A stretch of 64,000 nt of DNA, from contig CM119269.1 of assembly GCA_051294375.1 (NCBI GenBank), positions 310,001 to 374,000 of the forward strand, given 5' to 3'. The stretch's first letter is position 1, and every line of letters begins with the position of its first letter. The translations under genes were made by a program, and so were the position numbers. Under the pieces are notes generated by a model. The model ran no database searches. It was given only the letters and a program-made list of their open reading frames with translations, and was not told the origin of the DNA. This document shows, piece by piece, positions 12,570-24,718 of this stretch. The DNA comes from Paraspadella gotoi. Lineage: Eukaryota; Animalia; Chaetognatha.

Positions 12570-15500
12570 ATGTGGAGGAAACTCGGGTAAATGTTTAATA
12601 TCCATTGATTAGTGCAAATATCCGTGTTATGTCTCGAAATAAAAATCTTAGGAAATTCAATGATTTCGCAATTAACCGAACCGTAATTAGTAATTAACTA
12701 ATAACTTTTCTCTGTAACTTTTATGGTTTGTTCTAGTAACCTTAAAAATTACTTATTTGGAATTTTGTTGCCTAGAATAATTGACAATGATACATATTTG
12801 TTAGGGGTTAGGCGGGTTCAGGGTTAGGGTAGTTCTAGGTAATAGATTTTATAATTTTTTTCGCTATTTTTTTTTGTAATTTTATTATTTCAAAGAAGCT
12901 AAAATCACAGTCGGCGAAAGTAATTTTTTTTACCACTTAAAACTAATCGTTTAAGAAAGTACTTACCATAATTTTTAATACTATCATCTAACATTAAACT
13001 TTAAATTCGAATTAACAGTCAATACTATTTTTCTCTCCTTATTTTTTTTTCTACGCAGACGAGTTTTTCGTCAAAAATCCATCGTCGTTTTCGTCGTCGT
13101 CATCGTCGTCGTCTTCCGCTTGTTTTATTTTTCTCCTCCACGTCCTCTCTCCTCCTCTTATTCGTCTTCATCGTCTTCGTCGTCGTCATCATCTTCTTCG
13201 CCCTCATCGTCGTCATCGTCATCGTCGTCAAGGTCGTCATCATCTTCTTCGCCCTCATCGTCGTCATCGTCATCGTCGTTATCGTCATCATCGTCGTTAT
13301 CGTCTTGCAAAATCGTCCGAACTGATCCGTACGCGCCGGAAGTGAAGCGTCATTTTCGTCCGCACCGCATCGTCGATTGCGGGGCCGACGATTGGGTCTA
13401 CGTGGACGGCGGGCGCCTCTGGTTCCGCGCGGCGCTGACGCGGCGCGATTTGCGGTGCCGATTGAAGGAGATTCGATGGAGAAACGATTTCGAGGTGGAA
13501 TTGGGAAAGGATGTAATTGACTTTGGTAATGGAACCCGGATGCCATCGGACAGCGTGTTCGTCGGTTGTAAAGACGAGAAGGGAAGAGAGTTTAAGGTAA
13601 AGGGCAAAGTATGTAACTGAGTAGAATGAAAAGATGAAAACAAAGATGATTGAGATTTTATTTATTCAAATTTCGTTTAATTTAATCAAATAATTTACAT
13701 TTTAATTAATTTAATTTAATTTACATTTTAATTAATTTCAGACGATCTTCGCCTCGATTTCTCCAAATCCCGATAAATTATCTCTTCTTCGTCAAAGACT
13801 TTCTTCTCCCTCCTCGCTCCTTCTTCCCCGCCCCCACGGCCCTTCCGACCCGAGCCGTTCGGGCTCCGATCAGCCCGTCGGGGTCGCCTCGGCCTCACCC
13901 ATCCCTTCCTCGCCTTCTCTTCCACCTAACATCATCATCCTTGGACACGACTCGCTTTCCAGCGCCGCTTGGCAAAGATACTTACCCAAGACTGTGGATT
14001 TCTTCCTGCGGCGTCTGAAGGGGGTCAGGTTGGACGGATACAACATCGTTGGGGACGGGACTCCGCAGGCGCTGCTGCCGATGTTGACGGGTGAGTGAAG
14101 TGGGTTCGATGGGTGAGGGAGATTCTCAGGGATAAGTGATGACAATGTAGCAAAATTTTATTATACAAAAAATAATAAAAGTAGTTGTACTTAATTGTCC
14201 CTAACTTAACCTTGAATCCTTCTAACCCAAGGCAACCATAACCATTAACCAATAACCATAACCAATAACCATAATCCCACCCATAACCAGAGATAGCCAA
14301 TGTAAAGTTAAGCCTAAATATTTCCACTTATAGCTTGTACATTGATGCCGTTTTACATTTTAACTGAAAAGACTTTCTATGATTTACTACGAGGCGCATT
14401 GATATTTAACTTATTTAAGTTTTAAACTAAACAATAAAAATGAAGATTGGACTCGCGTTTAACCATATTTTCTAAACTTGAACTTTCTAAATTCAGATAA
14501 TCATTTAATTTCAACATCCAATTTGTCTTGTCACCATTTCTCATTTCCCAGGTCTGACAGAGTACGAGCTTCCAGAGGCTCGTCGAGGTCACTCCGGAGC
14601 CAAGACGGTCGACGAGCATCCCTGGATTTGGAGGAACTTCTCTGCCAGAGGCTACATGACTTCCTTCGTGGAGGATTTTCCTGCAACTGGAACGTTTCAA
14701 TATCGAATGTTGGGATTCGAAAATCAACCCACTGATGTTTATGGGAGGAAACATTATCTGGCTAGAGGTTTGGGGAGAGCAAATTGATATTTTTTTTCCA
14801 TTGATTAAGAAGCTAATTACTATTTTAGAAAATCGCTAAAAGTCTGGATTAAAACTTTGCTCGGTCTTGCGAGATCATTAGTTGTAGAAGGGATTGAGCC
14901 ATGTCCAAATTCAGGCGCTAGATATATAGCTTATTCAATGAATAAATAGCTTATCTATATACACATAGATTTCACCAAGAGCAAACTATTTTACCAAAAA
15001 AAAATTTCATCCCATTCGGATATCCTAAGAAAAATAAATGCAGTAATTCAATGTACAATCTGTTAATTCCGTTGCATTCATTGGTTCCTCAGAAAAAGGA
15101 TCGGATTTGGTAACAAGCAACGTCTCATTCTGCGACGCTGGTCTTCATCGCTATAAATCTGCAATTCTCAATTTGGCCAAAGAACATTTTCGAGTTTCGC
15201 CCGAAATTCCAAAATTCGCCTTTTTATTTCAAGGTTAATGGTTAACAGTTAGGGGTTAATAGTTTGGGTTAACAGTTATGGCTTAAATTAAATTAAATTA
15301 TATTTGATAATTATAATTAATAATAATTGATAAAACTGAATTTTAGATAAAATTGAACTTTAACGGATTTAATAATTGTCTTTTTAATCCGGCTAAAAAC
15401 TAAGTGATTTCGACGAAAATTCTATTCTAATGACTAATGACATTAGTAATGTATTTTCTTTGCAGGAGAATTTTCCCACAATGACAACAACCTCGCGTCG

Positions 15501-17931
15501 ACTATGGACAACGACTTGTACGATTTCCTTGAGGAGAGTTTCGAGGCGGGTCATCTGAACAATACAATCCTGATTCTTATGTCAGATCACGGAGCTAGAT
15601 TCGCTCATCACAGGTCAGTGAATCATGTGTGTTTACTAGTAAATTTAAAGGGTAAGTTGGTTGGGCTGTTTTTAAACTTGGTGAGTGAGGTAACTTTGCC
15701 CCGCTTTCTCCGTGAAGTTCCTTGAGTGAATTAATAAGCAGACATCGTTGCGTCCAAAAAATCCTCTGTTTTCTTTTCTTTAAAATCCTCAAATTTTTCT
15801 CATCGTAAAATATAATTTCATGAAAAAATTTTCACGTCGGTTTAAAACTCTTCATGAATTATTCACATCCATCTAAATCAAATCATAAATCTTTCACATC
15901 CGTGTGAATCTGATGTCAAATCTTTCACATCCCTCTAAATTTACCCAAAAAACCGGCACATCCCTCTAAATCTTCTCACAAATTCTTCACACCCTTCTAA
16001 ATCTTCTCACAAATCCTTCAAATCCCTCTAAATCTAATCACAACTCTTTCCAACTTTTTCAGAGACTCGGAAATTGGAAAGATCGAAGAGCGAAAGCCTT
16101 TCTTCGGATTCCGCTTTCCTCCATGGTTCATCGAGCAGCATCCCAACAAGTTTGCCAACTTTGTCCTTAACGCAGACTCGAGTCTCGTGACGCCTTTCGA
16201 CATCCACGCGACGCTGCTGCATCTCCTCGATCTCAGGGAGGATAAGTTGGAGGAGCCTCACCCTAAAGAAGGAAGGGTGAGCGAAATTAAGGGCGGATGA
16301 CGAATTTGCTTGGATGACAATGAAAATTATTACTTAGTTTTACGTAAATTCCAGAATTATCGATTAAGAGCCGCGAATTTGCCTCATTTCTATATTTAAT
16401 AATAAAATATTAGACATTGTGTTTTAGCTTTTGATTTGTGGCGTTCGCTATCTCTCTCTCTCTCTCGCCCTCTCGCTATTTCTCTCTCGCTCTCTCGCTA
16501 TCTCGCTATCTCGCTATCTCTCTCTCGCTATCTCGCTATCTCTCTCTCGCTATCTCTCTCTCTCTCACGGGTCCAGATTTACGCTATTCGATTGCTTTTA
16601 AGATTGTTTACTTTTTCAAACGCAATGAATTAAATGATAATACACAATGTTTAATTTTTTATTTAATTTGGAACGAAGGAAAATTCACGGTTCTTTATCG
16701 ACTTAGTATACACGTTGTACTATTTATTTTTAAAATATTTTCTAATCCCCAAAAAATTCAGGAATATTTCGATTACATTGTGATTGCGCGACGGTTAGGC
16801 CGCGATACTGATACTGTGATACTGCCATAGTGATAGATATCCCTCGGCGTTCTCCCTACTCCAGCCAAACCGGGCTTTTTCCCTCTTCCAACCCATCGTC
16901 AACCGCACATGCTTCCAAGCCGACATCGAACCCCATTGGTGCGCCTGTCTTCAGTGGAGTCCGCTCTCGACGAGCCATTCCATCGCGTCGACTTTGGCCA
17001 AACGCGCCGTCGAACATCTCAACTCCCTCACGGAGGGCGTTCGCGGGAAATGCGCGGAGTGGACGAAGCCTCGAGTGAAGTTCGTCGCGGAATCGGAAAC
17101 GCCCGTCGAGATGCGGAAATTCCTCAAGTGAGGAGGAAGGGGGGTGAAGGATTTGGATTTAAGGAAAAGGAAAGATTTAGATTTAAGGAGAAAGATTTAG
17201 ATTTTAGAAAGGGTAAATTTAAATTAGGAGGCAGGTAACAGATTTTTCGGGATAAAATTCACATTTGGGAAGAAACATGTTTCTGAATATAGTGTAAATT
17301 TAGATTTAAGGAAAGACATTTAGATTTACGAAAGACATTTAGACTTACGATGACATTTAGATTTACGAAAGACATTTAGATTTATGAAAGACATTTAGAT
17401 TAAAATGAGGAAAAGAAATGTTAATTTTTATCAAGACTTAAATGGAAAATTGTTTTTAGATCAAAAGACGCCGACGGTTTCGTTCCTGACTTAAGTGACA
17501 ATACAAAAAGAATCATCGTTGTTTATCAGGTGACTGCTGCTGCTGTTGGTTGTTTTTGTTGTTGTTGCGGTTGTAGCATTTGGTTAATTGCAGCCAAAAA
17601 AGTTGTTTAAAAAAAAGGAAAACTTATGCCTTAATATTTATTAAAAATTAAAAATAAACGTTCTTTTCTCCAGATTCGCGTTGTTGTCTCGCCAGCCGCC
17701 GGCGTCGCTGCGGCTGGAGCTGGCGGCGTCGCTGCGGCTGGTGCTGGCGGCGTCGCTGCGGCTGGAGCTGGCGGCGACGCGATCTTCGAGTTGAGTTTCG
17801 AGTCTGACAAAGGAAACATTAAAGTCGCAGATCGATCGACGAGCCGATTGGACGCCTACGGGAACCAATCAGAATGCGTTGCTGCAGAGTTGCCGTATTT
17901 GCGGAAGTTTTGCTATTGCAAAACGCGTTAG
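12570..17931 (+). CDS. DUF229-family (alkaline phosphatase/sulfatase-fold) type II membrane protein; exons ~12570-12586, 13059-13595, 13742-14090, 14552-14767, 15093-15232, 15467-15613, 16063-16276, 16865-17127, 17460-17529, 17675-17931
   Basis: Spliced translation gives typical DUF229 motifs: NIIILGHDSLS...LPKT, GYNIVGDGTPQALLPMLTG, PWIWRNF...GTFQYRMLGF..QPTD, NNTILILMSDHGARF, EERKPFF, LVTPFDIHATL, NRTC..ADIEPHWCAC, C-terminal LRKFCYC; N-terminal hydrophobic anchor; GT-AG junctions (some boundaries approximate). Confidence 0.92.
17320..17402. repeat. Intronic ~19-bp tandem repeat (GACATTTAGATTTACGAAA)
   Basis: About 4-5 tandem units visible. Confidence 0.8.
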
Positions 17932-18413
17932 GTTATTTTTTATTTTATTGGTTTTTCTGGTTTTGTTATTCTATTTGTTATTAATTACTCGTCGGTCCCA
18001 CCCCAAAAACTCGTCGGAAAATCATTTTTATCACATCAGAACATCATATTATGATAAATTAAGCACAAAAAAAACGATGTCCGTCCGTCCATCCGTCTGC
18101 TGTCTGTCCGTCCCCCTTTAGCAAAAAACTCCAATTACTCGTGATTGGATGGATGGATGGATTTGAATGATATTTTGTGTGTGGTTAAAAAAGTGTATGA
18201 ATGAGATGGAAATGAGTTTAAATGGGAAAAACATAACTCACTTTTATTTGAATCTTTTTAATCCATAATTAATCGATTTATTCATAATTGGATGGATAGA
18301 ATGGGATAAAATGTTGTGTTGGTAGGAAAGTGTGTGATTGAGCTGGATATAAAGTTTCGTTGGAATCGAGGAGTGGAAAAAACCATTGTCAAGTTGACTT
18401 GAATTTTTATTAT

Positions 18414-18645
18414 TGAAGAGACAGTAATTATTGTTATGTGTTAATGACAGAACCGTTCAATATAAGCAGTCCCTGAGCTTCGGATCAGGCTGTAACACCG
18501 TGTTACAGGCGGGTTAAGCGCCCCGTCCCTCTTAACTGCTAGGCGACCACCGGGCTAGAATCCCGGACCTTTGGGTTGGGAGGCGAATGACTTGCCTCCG
18601 GCACCAATGACCGCTGATGAACGGTTGGTGGATTTTAGTCCACCA
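18414..18645 (-). mobile_element. tRNA-derived SINE-like interspersed repeat (second copy, inverted, at ~63290-63488)
   Basis: Near-identical inverted copy at 63.3-63.5 kb; minus strand 18542-18614 folds like a tRNA (GCGGTCA/TGGTCGC acceptor stem, CCGGG-ATTCTAG-CCCGG T arm, TCGCCTCCCA resembling tRNA-Gly). Confidence 0.7.
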
Positions 18646-20203
18646 TAACAGCTAAGTTAAGCTAAGATAAGCTACCTGTCGCTTTGGAAGTAGAAATGCT
18701 ACGTTTTGTATTAAATACAATGTCGTTTGTTTATTTAAATAGGAAAATTCAAACATTATAGTTTTACAGTCAAAATAGATAATTATAAAGGCACTTAAAT
18801 AAGGCGAAACAAGGTTTTAACTGAGAGTTCTGAATTATAAATAACATTAGTGTTCAACAGAGATATGATTTTTAATAATATTACTCAAGCAACAAAAAGA
18901 AAGATGTAACAATGATTTTAGTATAGTTAATGCCATAAAATAGTTAGTATCGTATTACTATATGTCATAAAAATCTGTTTTTGAATTTACCGAAAATTTT
19001 AAAAACGTATTCTGACAGAGCGTAAAAAAGTTTTGTTTTTACTAGAATTTATTTTAGGTTTAAACTTTAATGCTTCGAAGCACATATAGAAAGGAGAAAT
19101 TATCAGTCTCGTAAAGCTTTTATTGAACGAGGTTTAAACCTAAAATTTGTTCTGCAAAAAAAAAATTGTAATTTAGTAAAAAATATTTTCTACTACAAAA
19201 AGAGCGGGGGTATGAATATTTATGGAATTTCAACTAAAATGTTTTTCTATAATTATCAAATTTTTGTTTCCGAGAATTTTCCCATGCAGAGAAAAATTAT
19301 TGACTATCATAGAGAGAAATAAAAAGAGAGAGAAATAAAGAGAGAGCGAGAGAGAGAGAGAGAAAACAAATAGTCATCTGTATTCTAGTAACGTCCTATC
19401 TTTGTACCCCATTAATATGTATGGCACAAAACCCTTAATTTACGACACCTCATCCTTTGAGCAACATAAAAGTTTCTCTGATGTTTTATTGACGAGTTAA
19501 ACCAGTTCCCTCTCTCTAATTCTGAAGCTCTCAGCCCTGAGCTAAACCGGCTCCTGAAATTAATTGATCTTAAACTCGATCTAACGAATTGAAAACAAGA
19601 TATCGAAACCTTTTGTTTTTCCCCAATTAACTGTTTCCTCCCCAGAGGGCAATCAATCAGTTAAATGCTTTCAATCAAATGTTTACCTCTGTGATTGTTT
19701 CTTTTTAAATTTAGTTCGGTTTTTATGCTCATGATAAATAGATATTCAATCATGAAACTACTTGTTTTTATTATCTCTACTAAATGTAATCAATACATTA
19801 AAACATGAGAAAAAACATCTAATTTGAATAATTCCAAGATCTAAAGATATCCATTGGACTTACTCTTCATACTAAACAATTTAAACAATTCTTTGCCGTG
19901 CCACAAATTCCCTGTGACAAGAGTGGACTATTATTCAAGTCACTGTCTTAGGATTGTGACACTAATAAATCTCGGTCTTCGTCAAGCTGTGGCTGAACTC
20001 TGACGCGAGCCACACATGGTGAGAACGACTTGGAACAAACCCAACGATCGAAGGGGAGAACACAGCGGATAACTACCTTCTCTGAGGTGAGATTGGGTAT
20101 GAGATTTGGGATTTAAGTGAGTAGCCGCCCAATCTTCTCACACTTCCCTTTTTCCCTTTTTCTCCCGCTTCTTAACAACAACTCGACGGAGCCGAAGATA
20201 TCG

Positions 20204-21320
20204 ATGAGCGCTTCAGATCTACGCTCGCGCTTACGCTCAGCTCAACGCGACGCCGCGGCGGAAGATCGACGAAACGAAGAGATACGTCTCCAAGTTCCAT
20301 TCGGTTTTGGCAGGGGACAACGCTCTCGCTCCATCTCCCCGGCGTTTATCGACGCCGAACCCGCTTTTATTTATCCGACGAACGGCGCGATCGAAAGCGA
20401 CGCCGGAATGGCAACAGGCGGACCGACCGACCAACAGAACGCCGGCGCCGACGGAAGGGACTTACGCGATGAAAATGACGAACTCCGCGCCGCCCTCGCC
20501 GCCGCCACTCGCGCATTGGAAAGAGTCTCAAATCGAAAGCCGGAACTGCCAGACTTCGATCAAAATAACAGAGGTTTGGATAAAAAGGATCGAAGCGGCG
20601 TATATACGCGCAGGGATCGCAAACCCGAGAACCAAGTTCGCACACTTGGAATCTAAGATAGGCATTAACGTAGATCCCAGAATTAACCAATACCTATTCG
20701 GAGACCCATCAGAAGCGGCTTGGGAGGAGTTTATTAACTACCTAAGGAGCGAATATGGCTTAACTAAGCGACAACAAGCCGCGAACATACTCGACGCCCT
20801 CAATCTTGATAACGCTAGGCCCTCGAAAATGTTGGCCCAGCTTGAGGAAAAAACTAGAAACGTTACTGTCGATGATATCAGAAAAGAGAAGATTCTCCGA
20901 GACCTACCAACAGAGATTCGTCGCCAGTTAGAAGAAAAGGCCGACGACCTTTCAGCCAAGGAGCTCTGTGAAGTGGCAGACCGCCACTACGACGTCGACG
21001 GCAATCTCAAGATTCGCCATACATCCTCCTTGGTCAACGCCGTCGATAGTAATCGCCGAGACCAATACGTTTCTGACTCAGACAGCGACGACGCCGTTAA
21101 CGCCGTCGATTATCGTCATCGTAAGTCGGCGAACAACAACAACAACAAACGACGACAACAACAAGCGACGAAATCAAAAGGAAAAGGCAAACTAACGACT
21201 CTCTGCTCAAAACATGTCAAGTTTGGAGAGGACGCCTGGTCCTGCGAGCCAGGCTGTGCTCGTTTCGACGAAACTCAGAAGAAAAAAGAGGGAAACGGCA
21301 AAGGGGCCCGGCGCAGGTGA
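20204..21320 (+). CDS. gag: Gag, with one frameshift near 20570
   Basis: MSASDLR...KPELPDFDQNN continues in another frame as EVWIKRIEAAY...; C-terminal C-x2-H-x9-C-x3-C (CSKHVKFGEDAWSCEPGC). Confidence 0.85.
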
Positions 21321-24300
21321 ACGCCGTTCCCCAGGATTCAAATTTTTCACCGGCACCCAATAGTTTGCTATACATTAGGGACGCCGGGAATCGAATCAAG
21401 TGGCTCGTAGATGGCGGAGCACTGTTATCCATCATCCCGCCTACTCCTCAACAACGAAAAAACGGTCCAGAACCATTAATGAAGTTACAGGCAGCAAATG
21501 GATCTCCTATTGACTGTTATGGTACGACAACGAAGACAGTACAACTCGGTAACAGAAAATTCGACTATCAATTTATCATCGCCGATGTGAAACAGCATAT
21601 CCTCGGTGCGGATTTTATGGCTGAAAACTATTTAGCTCCAAATCACCGAGATGGTCTCCTTCTAGATCTTCGAGATTACTCGACGATCGCGGCGTCGACC
21701 GCGAAGGAGCCATCAACGCACGTCAACTTTGTCGACCGAAAAGGAGAACGTTACTACAAGCTACTCGAGTCTTTCCCCTCGCTCTCTACTCCAACTTTCG
21801 AACTCAAATCACCAAAACACGGAGTAACGCATTCTATCCCTACCGAAGGGCGTCCATGCCAATCGAGGGCACGACGCCTCGATCCGGAAAAACTGGCGGT
21901 AGCGAAGCGCGAGCTAGAGAAAATGGTCTCGCTCGGCATCGCCAAAAGAGGAAAATCTGAGTGGTCGTCACCGCTCCACGTAGTCTCCAAACCCGACGGC
22001 GGCTGGCGCTGTTGTGGGGACTACCGTCGCCTCAACGCCCAGACCGTCGAAGATCGATATCCGGTGAAGCTGCTTACAGACTTCAATTCACAATTGGAGG
22101 GTAAAACTATTTTCTCGAAAATAGATTTACTGAAAGGCTATCACCAGATACCTGTGGATCCTCAAGACGTTAAGAAAACGGCGGTAATTACCCCGTTTGG
22201 TCTTTACGTGTTCCCGCGCTGCCCTTTCGGATTAAAAAACGCAGGGCAGGACTTCCAGCGTTTAATGGATGAGATCCTGGGAGAAATACCTCACACGTTC
22301 GTCTATCTCGACGACATTTTGGTAGCGTCATCTTCTCCCGAGGAGCATATGGAGGACCTCGAAAGAGTCTTCAGGGCTCTAGACCAGAACGGACTTGTGG
22401 TGAACACAAAAAAGTGTCTACTGGGACAAGACTCTCTAGAATTTCTGGGATTTCTTGTTGACAAGAATGGCGTCCGTCCATTGCCAGAACGAGTCCAAAC
22501 GCTTCGCGAGACGACACGACCAACGACCATCAAGGAGTTGCAACGTTTTCTGGGTATGGTGAACTACTATAGGCGGTTCATACCCAAGGTCGCCCACCGT
22601 TGCGCTCCTCTCTATGAAGCCTTGAGTGGGAAACCCAAATCCCTGGACTGGACAGCAGGTTGTGAGCAGGCGTTTGACGCTATAAAAGAAGGCCTCATAT
22701 CAGCGGCGTTACTGCACCATCCCAGATCTGGAGCTCAACTCTGCATCACCACGGACGCCTCCGATCAAGCGGTGGGCGCAGTATTGGAACAACGTGGCCC
22801 CAAGGGTTGGGAGCCACTTGCTTTCTTTTCCGCGAAGCTGGCCAAAAACCAGAAAATGTGGCCGCCCTTTGATAAAGAACTCTTTGGAGCTTTTAGGGCA
22901 GTCCGTCACTTTCGTCATTGGGTCGAGGGGCGTGCCTTTACGATATATACAGATCACCAAAGCTTAGTCTCTGCGATTCGTAAAAAAACGGAACCACAAA
23001 CGCTTCGCCAATCCTATCAACTGTCGGCAATTGCCGAGTTCACGACAGATATTAGATATCTGAAAGGAAAGGCCAACGTGGTGGCCGATGCTCTCTCAAG
23101 GCCGAACAACCCGCCACCAAACACTCAAGCACCACCACCCACGGAGGAAACTTCATCCTCAAAAACCACATCAGAAGGTCAACTCGATGAGCCACTCGAG
23201 CGCAGCGTCAAGCCTGACCGCCTCGAAGAATTGAACGCCGTAATAGCGTCACTTACCAATTTTGAAATCGACTTTGAAAAGCTGGCTCAAGAGCAATCAC
23301 TCGACCCAGATTTCAGGAAAATCTCAGAAGAAGCCAGGGCCGGCCTCACTTTTCGAAAAATTCGAGTTGGCGAGCAAGATTTGCTGGTGGATATCTCGAA
23401 CGGCCCAGCTCGACCATTTGTTCCGGCCTCATGGCGGAAAAATATCTTTAACGTCATACATGGACTCGGCCATCCTGGAATCGAGGCAACAAGAAAAGCA
23501 GTGGCCGCCAAGTTTGTTTGGACGTCGATGAGACAAGACGTCACTAAATGGGCACGTGAATGCTTACAGTGTCAAAAGGCAAAAGTAACAAGACACACAA
23601 TACCGGAAATAGGCGAATTCAAAGTTCCACAACGCCGTTTCCAACATCTCAATTTGGATCTTGTGAAGATGCCTCGATCGAACGGATTCTCCTATTTACT
23701 TACCATCGTCGATCGCTTCTCGAGGTGGCCCGCGGCAATACCGATACCAGATACTCTTACTCCAACAATTCTCGACGCGCTAAGTCATAACTGGATTAGC
23801 ATATTTGGAACACCCGCGGTTATAACCACTGATCGAGGCAGCCAATTCTGCTCGACATTATGGCAACAACTCATGAAGAACTGGGGCATAAAGCACCAAA
23901 CAACTACTGCCTACCATCCACAGGCAAATGGGTTAGTTGAGCGGTTCCACAGGAGATTGAAGGAATCCATAATGGCGCTAATCGACGAAGCAAAAGAAAA
24001 ATGGTACTGGCAACTACCATTAACTCTACTCGCTATAAGGACAACGGTGAAAGAGGATATCGGCGCATCTGCGGCCGATCTAGTTTTCGGCGAGGGTCTC
24101 AGCATCCCCGGTAGTCTACTCGGTGACACTCAAGTTGACAATGATTCTCTAAATCAACAGCGGAGAAATCAATTAGCGAAACTCCGTATTGAAGTCGCGA
24201 GACTTCAACCAACGCCCACTTCCGCTCACCGACAGCCCGCGGTACATCTCCCAGAGAACATCAACTCCGCCAAATACGTATTTGTACGCAAAGCAGGCAT

Positions 24301-24718
24301 ACACCCTTCCCTCGTCCCTCCGTACGCAGGTCCCTACCGTGTCATCAACCGGAGTGGCCTTAACATGACAATCGAAGTGCCAAATTCGGGACGAGAAACA
24401 GTCAACATAGCGAGAGTAAAACCAGCTTGGATAAGCGACGACGAGCTGGAGGTCGACAACGCAGAGGAAGGTCCAGAGAGAAGGCCTGGCCGACGCCCAG
24501 GCATAAGAACAAGGCAACCCGCTCCGACAACAAGAGTAACTCGATCATCGAGAAGAAATGATCAGCGAGCAGCGACGCCTTCGACTTCTCCTCCTCCTCC
24601 TCCTCTTCCTCCTCCTCCTCCTCCTCCTCCTCCAGAGAGAAGGCCTGGCCGACGCCAGGCAGAGGAACAAGGCAACCCGCTCCAACAACAGAGAAACTCG
24701 ATCATCGAGAAGAAATAA
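21290..24718 (+). CDS. pol: Pol polyprotein (protease, RT, RNase H, integrase), in the -1 frame relative to gag
   Basis: LVDGGA protease; KIDLLKGYHQ, PFGLKNA, YLDD RT; TDAS..DKEL..TDH RNase H; H-H-C-C plus DDE (DRFSRW, TDRGSQF, NGLVER) and GPY integrase; uninterrupted 1133 aa ORF. Confidence 0.97.
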   Translation, partial: GKRQRGPAQVNAVPQDSNFSPAPNSLLYIRDAGNRIKWLVDGGALLSIIPPTPQQRKNGPEPLMKLQAANGSPIDCYGTTTKTVQLGNRKFDYQFIIADVKQHILGADFMAENYLAPNHRDGLLLDLRDYSTIAASTAKEPSTHVNFVDRKGERYYKLLESFPSLSTPTFELKSPKHGVTHSIPTEGRPCQSRARRLDPEKLAVAKRELEKMVSLGIAKRGKSEWSSPLHVVSKPDGGWRCCGDYRRLNAQTVEDRYPVKLLTDFNSQLEGKTIFSKIDLLKGYHQIPVDPQDVKKTAVITPFGLYVFPRCPFGLKNAGQDFQRLMDEILGEIPHTFVYLDDILVASSSPEEHMEDLERVFRALDQNGLVVNTKKCLLGQDSLEFLGFLVDKNGVRPLPERVQTLRETTRPTTIKELQRFLGMVNYYRRFIPKVAHRCAPLYEALSGKPKSLDWTAGCEQAFDAIKEGLISAALLHHPRSGAQLCITTDASDQAVGAVLEQRGPKGWEPLAFFSAKLAKNQKMWPPFDKELFGAFRAVRHFRHWVEGRAFTIYTDHQSLVSAIRKKTEPQTLRQSYQLSAIAEFTTDIRYLKGKANVVADALSRPNNPPPNTQAPPPTEETSSSKTTSEGQLDEPLERSVKPDRLEELNAVIASLTNFEIDFEKLAQEQSLDPDFRKISEEARAGLTFRKIRVGEQDLLVDISNGPARPFVPASWRKNIFNVIHGLGHPGIEATRKAVAAKFVWTSMRQDVTKWARECLQCQKAKVTRHTIPEIGEFKVPQRRFQHLNLDLVKMPRSNGFSYLLTIVDRFSRWPAAIPIPDTLTPTILDALSHNWISIFGTPAVITTDRGSQFCSTLWQQLMKNWGIKHQTTTAYHPQANGLVERFHRRLKESIMALIDEAKEKWYWQLPLTLLAIRTTVKEDIGASAADLVFGEGLSIPGSLLGDTQVDNDSLNQQRRNQLAKLRIEVARLQPTPTSAHRQPAVHLPENINSAKYVFVRKAGIHPSLVPPYAGPYRVINRSGLNMTIEVPNSGRETVNIARVKPAWISDDELEVDNAEEGPERRPGRRPGIRTRQPAPTTRVTRSSRRNDQRAATPSTSPPPPPLPPPPPPPPPERRPGRRQAEEQGNPLQQQRNSIIEKK

